From assembly GCF_006345805.1 (NCBI RefSeq), contig NC_043000.1, positions 54,870,001-54,934,000 on the forward strand: a DNA stretch of 64,000 nt. The letters are read 5' to 3'. Position 1 is the stretch's first letter. The number at the start of each line of letters is the position of its first letter. The position numbers were made by a program, and so were the translations under genes. Positions 40,685 through 55,530 of the stretch are shown here, one piece after another. This DNA is from Octopus sinensis (lineage: Eukaryota). The notes under the pieces are model-generated. The model had not been told where the DNA came from, did not search any database, and was given only the letters and a program-made list of their open reading frames with translations.

Positions 40685-43240
40685 TATATACATACATATA
40701 TACTCACACTTACAAGTGCGTACCTCGATAACACGGGAGCAAACACACAAATCATTAATGCTTTTCTTAAGTTTGAAACTGAACTGATTGACATTTAGTA
40801 GCTTATAAATTCGGTGTGTCCAGCTGGTAGGATTTCTCAAGGCAGCAGTACGCTGTTGTAGTTCTCACATGATCTGTGTTTAGATTCAATATGTGTTTGT
40901 GTTTAAAGTACATACAAGCATTGTAGTGAGTATTCGGTCTCTTGGATGCCAATTTTGCTATATTAGGAACGTTCGAACGGAGAGAGATTAGCTATGATTG
41001 CTAACCCTAGCATCGTTTGCAACGTCGAGAGTCTAACCATCCCGTTAACCCAGACAAATGGGTAAGATACAATTTGATGGATTGCTATGTGCTATGATTA
41101 TGATTTTTACATGGTAGTCAAGGAGAAACGATCACCATGTTTACAGTGTAGAATGCTTACTCTGTTAATAAGAGTAGATCAGAATTGACACGATGCCTTC
41201 AGTTCCTATTTAGATGGTACATTTACTCGGAAGATTAGGAAAGACTGAACACCTGCATAGAAGCATGAAATCACATTGGTCACGTGACATAATTCTCTGA
41301 ATATATAGGAGGAAAAATGATATAATGAAAACTTGAAATGCATTAGGTGTGATAGAATGTAGGGAAATGTACTGTCCTAGCATGGAAACAAGCAAGATAC
41401 TTTTTAACCAAGTGAGTTAAATTTTCCCATTATGAATCTTATAATGGGAAAACTTAGCTGGCAGCTTCTTATAACATACAGGTTATAGTGAAACTCTTAT
41501 ATGATATTATATTTCATCAAACGTTTTGTGTAGAATAGATATTTATTTAACAGAACTTGTGCAACTTGGTTGTCAAATTTGAGAAGGGTCCTTTCAAAAC
41601 ACGTTAAATATGATAACGTCCTGCTGTATAAATAAATAGCATTTCACTACAATGGAAACATTTGGTGTTGAGGAAAGTCGTAATATATTGAATTTAGTTT
41701 CAGAAATCTATAATAATCAAAAACAATTTACGAATATCCACTCCGCATTGAACGAGGCTTCAGAATACAAAGTCTTTAAATTATACTACTCAAATAGATG
41801 AGAATAATGCTGCTTTGGAAAGTGATTTTAGAGTAAGTGGCTACTCATTAATTAAATATAATTACCTTTTCCATGCATATTTCAATTCATGTCCAAAATG
41901 AAATATGAAAATCATTTGTGTATTTCGTGCCTAACAATACTTTGATAATGGTCAGTTTAAAGTAAAGTACATCACTGTTTAAATACGTAAAGACGACAGA
42001 ACGGCATTATGACGTAAAATCATTGATTGAAAATGATTCACTGAATTATAATCAGTAAATCAACAACAATGTGATGTTTCATTATTTTCTAATAGTCAAG
42101 AAGTCAGAAACTACGAGTTCGATTTAACACAGAAATTAATCATTATGTTCTGTGTGATAACAATGTAACTGTAATGCACGAGCGTTTTCATAGGAAGTCG
42201 AATTCTCATAAAGCAGAATGTTATGAATGCCGCATATAATGTATCTAAGTGATATTTCAGAGAACGGAACAGAAACAAAACAACGTAACAGCGGAGAGAC
42301 GACAAATATGTCTTTTATTCTGAGGGAATATTTACTACAAAGCTTTTGAGAATGAAATCATTTACGTTTATTTTATGAACCTCTATTATCTAGAAATTGT
42401 CGTAATGATAGCAGAGTACAGATACTAGATTAATGTCTGTAATTGAAATCAACAATAGAAATACGACTCGTTTTGTATCCGGTACGGCATTTTATTCTAA
42501 TACAAGCAGCTGGGAAGTGACAACTAACATATTCTCACAATTATATTTCCACTAGTGAATAACAAAGTAGAAAAGTGAGGCAAACTAGCAGGACCTGCTG
42601 TCTAGAGAACACATCTTTACAACGTGTTGCTATTGTTTAGCAACTGTTCAAATTTTATTGTGCTGCTCTCAGATCAAATGCAGTCAAGTGCTGGCCTTCC
42701 AGTTCTTTTGAGGCAAATTATGTCTAAGACATAATTTTCCACAAGTTTGGTTCTTATATAGTAACATGTATTTTGAAGTGATTTCTTGATATTATCTAAA
42801 AGTCTTATTGACCAGACAGAAACATCGATAACTGGTCGTATTGCAAATGAATTGTAACGAAAAGAGCAACGAAAATTACATTATCATGAATTTATTATTT
42901 ATTCTTCATACAAAGCATTTCGAGTAACACTATAAAACACGGCTTGATTACGCCCAGAAAAATGCGCTTCAATTGTCATCGCTGTTGGGATGGTAATCTT
43001 CGTCGTTAGATCTTCGTCATCATTAATGTCGTTGTTATTGTTGTTGTTGTGTTTGTTGTTGTAGTCGCAGTCGTCATCATAGTAGTCAATGTTGCCGTAC
43101 CAAATGCAGTGGAAGTATTTTCCGAGTAAACAAGAACGTTCTCTATCTCTTTCCCATAATTTACTAAGACGAAAACCAGCCAGCAATGGTTGCGAAGAAG
43201 TGTTGAGGGACAAACGCAAAAATACACACACACACATATA

Positions 43241-43530
43241 TGGCTGTGTGGTAAGAAGCTTCTCCGTCAACCATATTATTCTGAGTTTAGTCCCTGGGCA
43301 AGTGTCTTCTACAATAGCCTTGGGTTCATCAAAGACATGTCACTAGATATGGTTGACGGAAACTGAACGAAGTATGTCATATATATACATATATATATAT
43401 ATATGTAATGTGTGTGTATTTGTACCTGTGTTTGTTATCCCACTATCGCTTACAAACCAATGTTCGCGTGTTTACGTCCCCGTAACTTAGCGGTCCAGTA
43501 GAAAATATCTATAGAATAAGTCCAAGTTTT
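43241..43530 (+). mobile_element. CORE-type SINE, degraded
   Basis: TGGCTGTGTGGTAAGAAGC head, GGGCAAGTGTCTTCTACAATAGCC core, internal (TA)n, GTTTACGTCCCCGTAACTTAGCGG tail. Confidence 0.75.
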
Positions 43531-43713
43531 CCACCATAACCATACTCAAGTGATTGAATCAAGAAAATGGTAAAGAGCAATAGAACCATATATATATAAA
43601 TATATATATATTATATATATATATGTTATATATTGTGTGTGTGTGTGTGTACATACGTACATATATATATGCATACAAGTATATGTATAAATTTATATAT
43701 ATATGGTATTATA

Positions 43714-43764
<51 letters not shown>

Positions 43765-44304
43765 ATATAGATAACCCACGTGGGTGGAAGGGGAGAGCAG
43801 GGAATCTTCGCTTCCACATTTTGAATTTGTTAGTACTGGCAGTCTGAACGGGTCATCTGAGGTGATAAGTCGCCAAAGGGTATGTTCTTTCTTTTTAGTG
43901 CTTCCAAATCCAAAATAAGAAATGTTGAGCTGACGAAAGAAATGCTGAGTTTATTTGGCTAATCTAGAAACGTTAACGTTCTCAAATAATCTTTGTACTT
44001 GTGATATTTTTCTGTTTTTACCTCCATACCTTCGTGAGTTATTTTGAGTAAACATTATCTGAGAGAAATTTTCTTTAAGTAGTGGAAATGGCTAAAACAC
44101 TTTTTTGGTTGCTATTTCTAGAAAGTTCAGTATGTGGCAAAGTAATTTATTTTACTAAGCCCTAATTATATAATGTAATATTTTGAATTCGCCTTAAATG
44201 GTCCTTTTACATACTGAATACTTGGTGAAATTGATTAATAACTAATTAATTTTACCCTCAATTGTTGATATTTGTATATATATATATATAATATATATAT
44301 ATAT

Positions 44305-44423
<119 letters not shown>

Positions 44424-44544
44424 ATATATATGTAAGGCACTGTCACTTTCAAAGATGCTAGATGTATCGAAAGAATTGTCGTGATTAACAATAAATTCTC
44501 GTATATTCCACCTTCTGTGTTTCATTTGCTATATATATATATAT

Positions 44545-44607
<63 letters not shown>

Positions 44608-44699
44608 TGTAGATGTAGATGTAGATGCATATATATATATGTGTGTGTGTATATGTATATACATACCTTCAGATATGTAGCAATTGCAGTCACTTGTCA

Positions 44700-45420
44700 A
44701 CCACAGTCATTTTGATCTGGGAGCTTCTTTGATTTCTTCGGTATTTAAGCCACAATTTTGTAGTAAACAGTGCACTGAAGATGCTGAAAGAAAGGCACAA
44801 TCCAACTTAATAGTCCCCCTTTGACAAGAGCTTTAATAATCATGTTTTGGTATTTGGTTTCTTCATTTTTGTGAGTACCAACATGCCTGTCCTGCCACAA
44901 CTCTAGCCTCCATGCTTCTAGACAGAAGAACCTTGTCTGGTGGGAACGGTTTTACTGTCATTACTCTCGGTATTATGAGATCTACTTGAAATATATTTTC
45001 CATAATAGAAAACGAAAACCCTCCACAGTTACTATTACATTTGAGCGCCTCATCACATGCTCTCAGAATCTGAAACATTGGAATGATGTTGCCTGAAGCT
45101 TGTTGACCTTATTTCTTAATAGCTCTACCAACTTAGCAATTTCTGTAAAGGCTATTGCATTAAGTTTCTCGTATGGTACTAAGGCATCCCGGTCAGAGTG
45201 AACAGTCTCGTTCTCTACTATTTGACGGATGGCTTTTCTTTGCTCTAAATTATGAGTTAATTTGAGTTTCGCAAGAACTCAACGATAGCGTATCAGTATT
45301 CCAGAGTTCCTTCCTTTACAGTGGTCGATTGAGTTCGTGGTTCCCTTAAATTCATTACCGCTGACAAATAACCCATACCAATTATACAATGTTATCCTCC
45401 TCTGTTGAATAACGAATCCC
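44700..45420 (-). mobile_element. Possible degraded LINE ORF1 (zinc-knuckle-like) remnant
   Basis: Minus-strand remnants CFR... and KCNSNCGG weakly resemble gag-like CCHC knuckles. Heavily disrupted. Confidence 0.22.
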
Positions 45421-46694
45421 CTGCACTAATTATTGACTCTAACCCCTAGAGTTGGCATATCTCCACCTCTTGATATACTGGTTGCCAAGATATCAGTGTA
45501 TTTTCTATTGTTTCTTTAATCATCAGAAGTTTATATATTGCCACTTCTAAAACAAAATACATAATATATAATTCAATCTCCTGGGAACATATCAAAAGCA
45601 AAATGGTATCAAAGATAATATACACGTACACGAACATAATCTAATTATATTTTAGAACTTGCTTAAAAGAAAAAAAAATAATTCTTAGTACAAAATGTAT
45701 CAACTCACCTTGCTCTGTTCTTCGGGAAACTAAATTTATTAACTATATTATATTCTTAAATGTACATATTAGTCATATTGCAACGTTAGTTTCCTACAAT
45801 CATAAGTGAAAATCAAAGCATGCTGCTTATGAATTTATACGTGTGAGTGAGTGTGTACGTGTGACCGTGTGTACATTAGTTTCCTGACATGACAGTGAAT
45901 AAGACGTGTGATACAAGATAGCATGATTAATTCCTAAATGTGACTTATTGTATAAAAGAACTATAAACTCTTTGGCTTTTTTTCCACTGAAATCCGTAGG
46001 TTAAATTGGCTAAATGGAAACAGTTCAAGTTCTATCATTTAAATCACGGTGGGTTTCACGACATCCTGCTGTGAGACTTCGGAAGAGGTGTGTTATCTTT
46101 GGATAATTCCTCCCGCTTTATACCACTCCCTTAGGCCTTTACAGGGAGTCATAGAATCTGTTCAACAACCGCTGACACCGCTATTAGTGGAATATGCTGT
46201 ACACACGCACGCAGTCACGCAATCGCACGCGCGTAAATATATTATATATATGTACATCAGACATACATATATATATTATATATATTATATACATCTTTGT
46301 GTGAGTATGTTTACATCTGTATGTATATGTATATAAATATATAGCAGGTCCTGCGAACGCTGATGATGCACTTAAGTTGCATGTCACAATATTATTTAGA
46401 TGAGAAACGTCATGATTCCGCGAGGTTGAAGATTTATCCTAGATATAATAAGACACATGTTACTCATCGGTAAGGCTAACATAAGGAAACTAAAATAGCA
46501 AACGGGGTGTGAGTGCGTGACCGTCAGAGATGTTAAATGCAGGTGAGCTGTACTGAGGTCTTGTTCTGAAGTCGCTGTTTTTTGATTAAATTAAAACAGC
46601 AGATTTTTATTGTAATTTACATTTTTTTTTTCAATTTCACACACACAAGCACATATATAGTCATATGTGAATTAATGTAGACTTACGCTCACAG

Positions 46695-46763
46695 GCACGC
46701 ACATCGACAGCATTCGTCTATTTCATGAAAATGGGATCATAACCCCTAAGTATGGGATACAAG
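46695..46763 (+). CDS. Putative 69-nt internal exon, phase 1-1 (xTHIDSIRLFHENGIITPKYGIQx), unknown host gene
   Basis: CACAG|G acceptor, CAAG|GTAAGT donor, one open frame, length divisible by 3. Weak polypyrimidine tract, and no neighbouring exons identified. Confidence 0.35.
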
Positions 46764-46888
46764 GTAAGTCTACATTATTCACATATTTGTTTTCTTGTGA
46801 TTTGCCATGCATTTACTTCACATTGTTTTGGCCTTACCTACCATCCTTTATACGATGTATTCTATACAATGCTTCATAGTAATTATTC

Positions 46889-46978
<90 letters not shown>

Positions 46979-47633
46979 ATTGGCCTGCTCACTTACCCAG
47001 TAGGGTGGCGTCATTTAAAGGCTAAAACAATGCGAAACGCATTGTGACCAGCGATGTGTAGCAACATCTGATAGCCTGGTCGGTCACGGTGATCACGGTG
47101 ATCTATATATATATATATACACAATTAAATACTAATCTCTGTATAGTCACACACACACACATATATGTGTATATAAATATATTTATATATGTACATCAGA
47201 CATACATATATATATATATATATTATATACATCTTTGTGTGAGTATGTTTACATCTGTATGTATATGTATATAAATATATAGCAGGTCCTGCGAACGCTG
47301 ATGATGCACTTAAGTTGCATGTCACAATATTATTTAGATGAGAAACGTCATGATTCCGCGAGGTTGAAGATTTATCCTAGATATAATAAAACACATGTTA
47401 CTCATCGGTAAGGCTAACAGAAGGAAACTAAAATAGCAAACGGGGTGTGAGTGCGTGACCGTCAAAGATGTTAAATGCAGGTGAGCTGTACTGAGGTCTT
47501 GTTCTGAAGCCGCTGTTTTTTGATTAAATTAAAACAGCAGATTTTTATTGTAATTTACATTTTTTTTTTTCAATTTCACACACACAAGCACATATATAGT
47601 CATATGTGAATTAATGTAGACTTACGCTCACAG

Positions 47634-47702
47634 GCACGCACATCGACAACATTCGTCTATTTCATGAAAATGGGATCATAACCCCTAAGTATGGGATACA
47701 AG
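47634..47702 (+). CDS. Duplicate putative exon (xTHIDNIRLFHENGIITPKYGIQx)
   Basis: Second copy in the tandem duplication. Differs by AGC>AAC (S>N). Confidence 0.32.
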
Positions 47703-47827
47703 GTAAGTCTACATTAATTCACATATTTGTTTTCTTGTGATTTGCCTTGCATTACTTCACATTGTTTTGGCCTTACCTACCATCCTTTATACGATGTATT
47801 CTATACAATGCTTCATAGTAATTATTC

Positions 47828-47887
<60 letters not shown>

Positions 47888-48006
47888 ATTGGCCTGCTCA
47901 CTTACCCAGTAGGGTGGCCTCATTTAAAGGCTAAAACAATGCGAAACGCATTGTGACCAGCGATGTGTAGCAACATCTGATAGCCTGGTCGGTCACGGTG
48001 ATCACG

Positions 48007-48048
<42 letters not shown>

Positions 48049-51000
48049 ATTAAATACTAATCTCTGTATACTCACACACACACACATATATGTGTATATA
48101 AATATATTTATATATAGTGAGTGTGTGAATGTATGTATGTGTTTGTGTTTTACTGTCTCATTGTCTTGGCATTCAACAATATTTGTAACGAGTGTCACTG
48201 TAATACACGACGTGTTCTTTGATACCAACCTTTCACGTAATAATGTCTGGGCATGGTAAAATTAACTTGCAAACAGATGAAGGTTCGTGATGGCCGAACA
48301 GAATCTGTCTAATCCATGTGAGCATAGAAAAATGGATGCTTGGTATATTACTTAGACGATGATATTTCTAACCAAGACATTGCAGCCTTATCTAATTGTT
48401 CAAGTGTTTCAAGTCCTTGTATGTACGTATATTTAGTCGATTACAGACATTTGTCAATGGTTTCTCCCATAGTACCGATGCACCATTTTGCATCATTAAT
48501 AAAGCTATCGATATTTTTGACGGCACAAGCACGCTATCATGCCATAATGGTCGTGTAGTTCTTGTTTGTATACATTATTTGGATTTCACTTTCATTTTCC
48601 TTTACTGATTTCTCATTTTTCTTTCTTTTGTTTAGCGTTGAGTGTGTTGGTAATGTACGGTTCCGTGTGGCTCAAATGCTTTTTATGTTTACATCTATTA
48701 GGTTCCATATTTGTTGAATCTGTTCGTCCCTTTAACCAAAACTCTTTCGAGGCCAGAAAGATTTGAATGTTTCACATTGAGATTCACACCTATCGTTATT
48801 GGTAATGGACATATTCCATTTACATGTATTTTGAATTTTGATTTGTTTAAATTTGGAGTGTATATAAATACATTTTTTCAAGGTTAAATTGTTTATTAAC
48901 CTGTTAGTGTTAATTTTAATCGTTTGGTGAAAGTTTGAGTTTAGATGTTTGAATTTCATTTTGTTGCGTTTGTTTTTGCTATTATAATGGTTTCTCTATT
49001 CATAAAATCTGTTACACTGAATAAACTAGTTCGCAATCATAGAAGTGTATGGGAGTGTTTCTTGTAAATGTTTTGAATTTTATGGCTGATTAATCCCGGT
49101 TAATGAGTGTTTGAATTTTACTTTGGTCAACATCGAAGCGTCGAAGGGATTAAATACGTTTTGGGGGATCGAAATGTAGTGATACTTACTGGATATATTT
49201 ATTAAACTAATGAAGGATTTGTTTTTTTTTCATCATAATGATGTATAAAGCTATGGCAGTATGTTACACAAGCACATACTGATATTATTACTTACGGCAG
49301 AGAACATTGCTAATGTGTTTCTTTTTAAACCTTTTGGTCTAGATGAATTGGAGTAAAAATATGCTTGTGTGAGTGTGTTTTGTATTAGCGTTGATCTTCG
49401 AACTTTATAAATTGCTTGGAGTGTTCGTGCCTACACATGTGTGCGTTTCTGGAGGTGAAGACATTTTGAGCAGATGCATGAATATACATTTGATTGAGCA
49501 AATTTGATATGTTTGTGTATGCCTATTATGGTCAACGGTTTAATTTTATTTGTCATTGTTATGCCGCATAATGCTGATCGGAGATGAATATCCTTTTCTC
49601 AAATAAGACCTTAGTTTTCTTTCTCGAGGCATTAGTTTCTTATTTTAAGAATTATAGCTAAGTAATTTATTACATTCAAAGCGGCGTAGAACTGTCGATT
49701 TCATCTTACTGTAAAACCATTTTCCATACACTATTCTCAATGAGATTACACATATCTCACGTAATTCAGTATGACTTCGATTACAAATTTAGACCAAAAG
49801 GTTTATCTATTTTTGTTTTCATATATGATGACTCAGTGAATGCAAAGTGTTGCTCATGCTGTGATATATGAATTCTTTAATAGTATCAACGACTTTATTT
49901 GCCCTTTAAAATGAAAACTTGTTTATTTATTGTGGAAACCTATGGCGTCATTGCTCTATGGTTGAGAAGTTCGTTTTGTAAGCACCTGTTACCATATCTG
50001 ATTCTGCCATGCAGTCATTTGGACATGAACCTTATGAAATATCCATGGATTAACCCGAGCCTTGTGTGCAACACGGAGGACATTAAATCCTACCAGATGA
50101 AGTGTACAGTTAGTTATGAACGTCGACCAACTTAACACAACTTGCTCATACGTGAAATGCACTCTTTTGAAAGCCTGAAGAACAGATTTCTAATGTGGGA
50201 ATATAGGGACCACCAACAAATATCCAAAGTGTTTAAATAAGGAGTAATCCTTATGTCTCTGCTTAAACGATGAACATAGTTTGAAGAAAAATGAGAGATT
50301 TAACGGTAAAACAGACATTTCTGGAAGGATTACAGCGTTTCCGAGATGAGCTATTATTTTGAGAATGATAGATATTATTCTCACTAATTAAATTAAAACA
50401 AACATTGTAACAAAATAAATTATGTAGGGATTCGAATTTCTTATTTTTAATATTGTAGTTTTAAAGAGTTTCACTACTTTCAAAATAACAAAGAAAGTAC
50501 ATTAAATTGTATTTATATAAATAATGCTTTTGCTCAATGTTTATGAGCAAAATTTGTTGTTAATTATTTTATGTTATAGGATTAAATATCAGAAAGCTGT
50601 TGTTTCTAATTTGAGTGTATATATGTCTGCTATTTGTTGGAGTTAAGCCATTCAAATACTATTTAAACACTATTTGAAGAGATAAGTAATTTAGCAAGAT
50701 AATGAAACTAAGTGTTGTAAAGAGTATAATATTTGACATATATTTTCGTTTGATTTTTCCAATTATTTTCATATGTAATCCATTATAATTTTGCAGCTGA
50801 TATATAACTTAGACTTAAAAATATCTATACTATTTTAAATTCCTTTTGTCTATTTTGAATGATATCTAGTATATTTATATCCTAACTCTAAACATTATAT
50901 TTCACATTATCCAGTTACATAATAATAACACTGTAACTGTGCATTACCTAGAAAAATCTAATTACATCGGCGGTGTTTATTATGATGCAATGCTTTAATA

Positions 51001-51629
51001 CCATAAATTGAGACTTCGGTCAATATTTCCATTTACTATTTATTTAAGAGCAATGTTAACAAAAAATATTACATTACATATGTATAATTGATATTACCGT
51101 ATACATATACAAGTAATCGATATACAATGGTAACATTTTGCGAATGATCATATTCTAGATTTAAGTCTTGACAAGATCAACTTTAACGTTGTACGTCCAA
51201 TGTCCATATCAGTAGCAATGAAAGGCCTACATTGCTTTAATCTATTCAAATGCTTGGTACAGACCTTAAGATTGAATCAGTATACATGCCAACATAATCT
51301 CATTCTTGTATACGACAGTATTCTACTCGAAACCAGATCTCACAACGCATAATCTTAATCAAATGGTACAGCCCTTCATCACTTCCTCTCAATGACGTAG
51401 AGACACATTGCCCAAATTTTCTCCTTCGAAACATCCTTCTTAATTTTCTCTTGATTCATGTCTTATTTAGCATCAACCTCACTGGTCTTAGAGGGCCTGC
51501 ATACGTGATGGGCATAGCAACAAACTCCAAACTTAAGACGTAAAACATAATACATGCATATGTACAAGCAATGTGGTGCTGAAAGTTACCTAGATTTAAG
51601 GGTAACGCGAAAGCCTGCTCGAAGACCCA

Positions 51630-51773
51630 ATCTTCCCAGTTCTTTTACAGCGCTTAGAAACGCTGAAAGCCTTCTGTAATAAGTGTGTGAATATGTTGAA
51701 TAAAATGATAATTAACTGAACCGCTTTTTTTTTCTTTTATCCAAAACCAGGAAATATTCATCACTCCCTCGTA
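51630..51773 (+). mobile_element. Mariner right terminus remnant
   Basis: Ends CCAGGAAATATTCATCACTCCCTCG-TA, related to the TIRs of 6813-7982, and is preceded by a decayed transposase C-terminus/stop region. Confidence 0.55.
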
Positions 51774-52253
51774 TATACATGCATACACACACACATACAT
51801 ACATACATACATACATACATACATACATACATACATACATACATACATACATACATACATACATACATACATAAACACTCATAGGCATATAATATGATGA
51901 GGTTTCCGGAGGCATTTAGTCACGACCCAACGTTAAATTGTTTCTCAAAGTAAATATAGCCTGACGTATATTTGTTCTTGTGAGCAAAACCGAGTAGAAG
52001 AAAACTTGCGGCACAATAAAACGGCCTTGCCCTATCGCTCAACACTAATTCTGTATCAGATTTATATTATGTGGTTACAGCTAAGTGCAGTAGTTAACCA
52101 CACTGCACGCAAATTCGACGACGAAGTCAACTAATTCATCGAACAAGGTCAATAGACTGAAATTACCACGTACTGTGTTTGTCTGTATATGCATGTGCAC
52201 GTCATCTGCGTACGTATACATACATACATACATACATACATACACACACAGAG

Positions 52254-52348
<95 letters not shown>

Positions 52349-52351
52349 TAC

Positions 52352-52395
<44 letters not shown>

Positions 52396-52663
52396 TAATA
52401 TTTACATATACATATATGTATACATGTATATATATATATATGAAATACTAGGTAAGAGTTATTCTTGTTGCATATTCAATTTGTTTCCATATATATATGT
52501 GCGTGTGGGTGTGTGTTTGCGTGTGTGTACGCTGTGTGGGGGCGCGTGCGCGCGTGTGTGCGTGTGTATGCGTGTATACGCATAAATGCACATACACAGC
52601 TGTATATATTCATGTCCATAAATATTAGTATATATGTGTGTGAGTGGGCGTGCGCGCGCGTAT

Positions 52664-52703
<40 letters not shown>

Positions 52704-54079
52704 ATGTGACTGTGTGTGTGAGCATGTGAAAGCTAAATCTGGTGAAATGCAAGTGTAATTTACATAATGCACAGGTAAAGAATTATTTAGAGAGAGTTTC
52801 AGATGTAATTATTTCTGAGTATACAGTAGAACCTATTTTCTAGCAATTAAAGATTATATCAACAAAATGCGGGGAATTATGCTCCATTAAATATGTAGGT
52901 AATGAAACTTTTCAAAATAATATTCCTCCTAGATACAATACTAGATGAAGATAAAGATGACGTAGAAAAACATGCCTGAACTAGCTATAAACGAAATATT
53001 CATTATACAAATTGAGCTACCCTCGAGGATATAATCACTTCAAGATAATATAATAGCATCGGATTCAATAAACACTATTAAACAATCAATACCGAAAGAT
53101 AATAGAAAGGCAAACAGAACATCACCAATGTGAATAATTTTAAGTACGTAGTTTGCTCAATTTACGTTCCATCCTCGAATATATAACATTTTATGTGTTA
53201 ATCGGTGTAACGCGGCGAATCAATATTAATGAGAGAGTATTGTCGTGTTAACCAACAGCTTATTTTCTCAAACATATAAAACAATGGATATTTTTATTCA
53301 ATTTGTGAATTCCATTAAATATATCTTCATCTCTACTATATTTACCGTGAGTTAGGCAGTTATATTAGACTTGCTTTCACTTGAAATATATGCTTCATAG
53401 TGCTAAGTGAATATGATAATTTTACTCCAAAAGGGATTTCAACCTGAAATGCCAGAATTTAATACATGTCAAGATCCAATCTATTATTTCCAAAGAACAC
53501 TAATATATCATAACCGGATTTTCTTTCTCCTGTTAAATTTGGAGTTTCTGAATACTCTGGGACACAATTCTGTGAGCACTCATATAAATGGAAAAAGGTA
53601 ATCTCAGTCAAATGCTAAACTCGTTTATTTGTTTAGCTGTTATTTATTCGATATTCTTTCATTCGCATTGTATTCTTTTATGAGCTAATTCAAAACATAA
53701 CTCCTAAAATTTCACGTAGATTTCTAGTAACCGAACTTTCATGACGCAACCGTGATATTTCACAATTTCTCCATATTATTATATATTATATTCATTCTTC
53801 TCTTCTTGAGCTAATGTCTTTCTTTCGGCACTAACCAAGCTTGGACAAAATGATTAACTCGAATAAGAAGGATCTAGTATTCCTTCATATATAAATTTCT
53901 CTCCTAAATATCTGCATTCGTCTTGGAATAAAACAATTCAATACGGAAACTCATAGTATTCTTTGACGTACTGAAATTTAGGATTACTCATCCTCGCGCT
54001 CAAAAATGTGTGTATGCTTATATACTTATATACATAAGTACATGTATATATATAAATGGATAGATAGATAGATAGATAT

Positions 54080-54138
<59 letters not shown>

Positions 54139-55380
54139 TACACGCGCGTACACACATACACACTCATATATATATATATATATATAAATATATATATATA
54201 TACTTTAAGAGAGAGAGAGAGAAATACAATCTGTACAAGTGGAAATGCAAAACAATTCGGCTGCCCAGGTAACTTTAAGATAGTATAAAATTTACAAAAG
54301 TAAATTTTATTTCTTTAACTAATATCCATATCGTCCATAGCAACTAATTACAGTAGATTTTCCGTACCCAACCATGAAATATTTTCTTCTTTATATTTGA
54401 ATACATTATCATATGTGTTGGTTGTATTTTAGACGAAGTAATTGGCACCATGATGAGAAGCACGTTTCAAAAACATGCAATTAGATGAACATAAAAATGT
54501 GGAGGAGAAAATATGTAATTCAACAAATTAATATAAAATGCACAGAATGGGATTCACCGGGATTCTATGAACATTTTTATTTTTAATATATCTTCAATAT
54601 TTTAATGAGATTTAATTGCAGTTCACATTTCATTGAACATAGTAATTAATCGAGCCTTATAATTAATACATCTACCAGTAATTTTCCAGAAAGGACTAAT
54701 GCACTAAATCAATTATGTTTTCCGGTTTTTAATAACGTATTTTAAAGACATAGATTCGAAAGCTGCCACTAATAACTTTACAATTCATCATTCCTCACCC
54801 GGTAAAATTAATATTACAATTCATCCTAACTGTTCTGATCATGTTACTATTATATTTTCAGTAAAATTACCTTTGGCATATAGTTACATTTGCACCTTTG
54901 CGTAATACTAACTGACTATAGAGATTCAAGGCTTCAAAATTATAGGGATATTAGAAAGAAGGGTAACAATATAAATTAATCACGGATACTTTATTTTATC
55001 GACCCTGAATGAACAAAATGCGTATTGGATTTTGATGGCATTTGGACAAGAAGTGAACATTATTAGGAAGCTCAATTAAACACAGCAATGCATATATTCT
55101 CCAGAGGACTACGAGAATACAAATATAAAGATAATAATAATAATATTAAAAGGATTCATGCTACCCCTGCAGAAAGTAAAGAAACAATAAGAAGAGTGTG
55201 ACTGTTATCGATTGAACTTTCTGGAGGAGTAGCATCAATCGCTTAAATATTACCAAAGTGAAGTAGATTGTGATGTTTATTTTTAACTTGTGGAAGACAC
55301 ACGAGATGTCGAAATATTGTTGATTCGGTAACAGTCGCGCTCTTATTGTTTCTTTATTTTCTGGAGGAGTTACATGAATC

Positions 55381-55412
55381 CTTTAAATAATAATAATAAT
55401 ATAATGATTATA

Positions 55413-55454
<42 letters not shown>

Positions 55455-55499
55455 GTAGTGGTAGTGGTAGTAGTAGTAGTAGTAGTAGTAGTAATGGTG

Positions 55500-55530
<31 letters not shown>

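Larger units (their letters stand above)
46252..48115. repeat. Tandem segmental duplication, 2 copies, 939-bp period
   Basis: GTACATCAGACATAC at 46252 and 47191. About 12 substitutions or small indels counted by eye outside microsatellite length changes. Junctions lie in (TA)-rich sequence. Confidence 0.95.

Noticed and set aside
41764-41832. 69-nt open segment ending in GTAAGT (NTKSLNYTTQIDENNAALESDFR)
   Set aside because: No polypyrimidine tract and no recognisable homology.
48356-48608. Protein-like open stretches (DDDISNQDIAAL..., TFVNGFSHSTDAPF...)
   Set aside because: Splice sites are weak or absent, and no family was recognised.
51140-51540. Possible RTE-type LINE remnant on the minus strand
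   Set aside because: The motif resemblance is too faint to support a call.
53524-53597. Open frame FGVSEYSGTQFCEHSYKWKK ending at AAG|GTAATC
   Set aside because: Only a GAG acceptor is available, and there is an in-frame stop just upstream.
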